Of a DNA stretch of 64,000 nt, positions 62,231 through 64,000 are shown one piece after another. The notes below the pieces were generated by a model that ran no database searches, had not been told where the DNA came from, and saw nothing but the letters and a program-made list of their open reading frames with translations. The position numbers were made by a program, and so were the translations under genes. The first letter of the stretch is position 1; the number at the start of each line of letters is the position of its first letter. The DNA is from Amoebophrya sp. A120 (Eukaryota; Protista; Dinoflagellata): contig CAJINV010000019.1 of assembly GCA_905178155.1 (NCBI GenBank), positions 688,475-752,474 on the forward strand, written 5' to 3'.

Positions 62231-63105
62231 CGCAGCAGGTGCTGCAGCGCAGGCTGGAGGGGCTGGAAATTTTGACGAGCTTCTGTTTAAGTAATGTTCA
62301 TCTGTATTCTCATGATGGTAGTGCTGCCTCTTTCTTGGAAAGATCTTCAAATTTACTGTATTCTCATGGTCGTGCTGTGAAATAAGTCGAAGCACCTCCG
62401 TGCTTCCTAAGATTTTTTTTTTTCAAATGAAGCGCGATATTTGATTTTCTTTCATTCTCGGTAGCTGCAGTAAAAGAAGTGCTGCAGTGCTCGTCTTCGT
62501 CTTTCCTTTTTGTCATTAAGGAGCGTCACAGGCGACGAGCTAGTACTACGAGCGCGGCAAATTCGCTAGCTGGATGCTGTGTTCAAGTCCAGCCCAGGGT
62601 AAGTAGGTCTACTATTGAGCATTCACCTCGGCACTTAAGTCTCTCGCTCTTGCACTAAGTGCATTTCACTCTCAGAATGAATAGAAAGCTACCGCTAGGG
62701 TGATGCGCAGACGTCTCTCGACAACCAGTATGAGCTTCGTCCATCGTTTATACTCTGAATGCATGGGCTCTACTCGATGGTAGTCATGTACTTGAGCTAT
62801 ACGCATGCATGGCACAGAACTTCTGCTTAACCTTATTTATCGACTTCAGCATGCATATCAATCAAGCTGGAGAAACAGCTTTCCCGGAATAATTGACCAT
62901 GACTGTGTTGTGGAATAGTGAATCAGGCAGCCGCTTGCATATCCGTCGCTTCTGGAGGAGGCGTTTTCGCAACCCAGGACACGTCTGGCCGTTCTATGTA
63001 CCTAAGGTTTGATGATTTCTGAAAAGTGAGAAAATTTTTTATGAAATCCGACTCCTTCTGGGACGAGTTCGCGTGAGACTACGCGTGGGTTTGAAGCCCC
63101 AACCA

Positions 63106-64000
63106 TCAGATAATGAAAATGGAAAAACTATGAAAAAAGCAGTACGGGGTCGATTTGAAGAGCGGCACCGGTTCTTTGCTGTCCAACGTTTTGTAGATTC
63201 CGATTTCCCTCGTTACCCTATTGACCACCGGCCCGGTAGACTGTCCAAACTGCACGTGCACTTTCATGCTACTCCGGTCTAGTAGGTGTTTGTTGTCGAT
63301 CAAATCGTCGAGTCTCGTTATCGTCGCGTCGAAGAACGCTTTTGCGTCGGGCCACGTGTAACTGTAGTACCGCGCGTCGAGCATGTATCCCATGAAGCCG
63401 TGCATGCCCTGCTGCTCCGGTTTGAAGCCGCCCAGGTAGAGCCGTATCCCACGAAAAAAGTGTTTCACTGTAAGGATTTTGCCAGTTTTGCATCACAAGT
63501 TCACTCTACATGACAGAGAAAATTTGCCATGCGAGGTTCCTAAGCGAAAACACAGCTAAAATCGATTGTCTTTCATGTGTAGCAAGACAAACACTTCGAA
63601 GATACTGATACATGTTTTGCATTACAAGTTTACAGTGAAACAGTTTTTTCCTGCGGTAGGCCGATCCGTCTCCCTATTGGCCACCATCCGCGGGAACAAA
63701 CCCCCGACGTAGACGGAACCCTTGCTGTAGATATCCCGGTTGGCTTCGGATGTGTCCGCGACAATCTTGTTCCCGATGTACCCATATGCAGTGAAAAAAT
63801 ATCGCACGTGCTAATCGCAATCACGCAAGACAAATCTCTTTCCCAAGCTCAATCAGCTTGAAAAACTCCATTTGTCACGCAGAGCTAAATTTGTATTGCA
63901 AGAAAAAGAATTAAGTAGATTGAGTACTAGCACGGGGACGATACTTTTGCCATTCATAACACAACAGCGCGATCGGGGTAAAAGGAGAAGCCGACCAAGG
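63106..64000 (-). CDS. 3' part of a gene with a LamG/concanavalin-like beta-sandwich domain; starts beyond the window
   Basis: Spliced LVGFSFYPDRAVV|YIGNK...DR|.YLGGF...FMGYMLDARYY; 3' end uncertain. Confidence 0.6.
63445..63658. mobile_element. Introner family J
   Basis: Direct repeat AGCCG/GGCCG; internal similarity to 57453-57665. Confidence 0.82.
63785..63958. mobile_element. Introner family C
   Basis: Direct repeat ACCCA/ACACA. Confidence 0.82.

Overview
Eukaryotic protist DNA; architecture best matches a Syndiniales parasite such as Amoebophrya (inference, not a database result). About 11 genes or gene remnants, all on the minus strand. The dominant feature is about 42 short (150-310 bp) TIR elements from at least 11 sequence families. 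Almost all start TAT and end ATA, are flanked by a 5-bp direct repeat, and sit inside coding exons. Deleting element plus one repeat copy restores the reading frame at every junction I translated in the intact genes, so they behave as non-canonical, transposon-derived introns (introners) beside a few ordinary GT-AG introns. This rule reassembles fragmented ORFs into a 799-aa coiled-coil protein, a ~1095-aa membrane protein, a SET-domain protein, an 892-aa low-complexity protein, a 3725-aa protein with a duplicated domain, an 832-aa SH3-like protein, a 796-aa GH47 alpha-1,2-mannosidase and a partial LamG-like protein. Also seen: a 2.1-kb introner carrying a nested satellite-rich Helentron-like element, a hAT-like element with an 8-bp TSD, a pair of secreted F-box-like paralogs, borrowed gene fragments, and a probable assembly duplication at an N.
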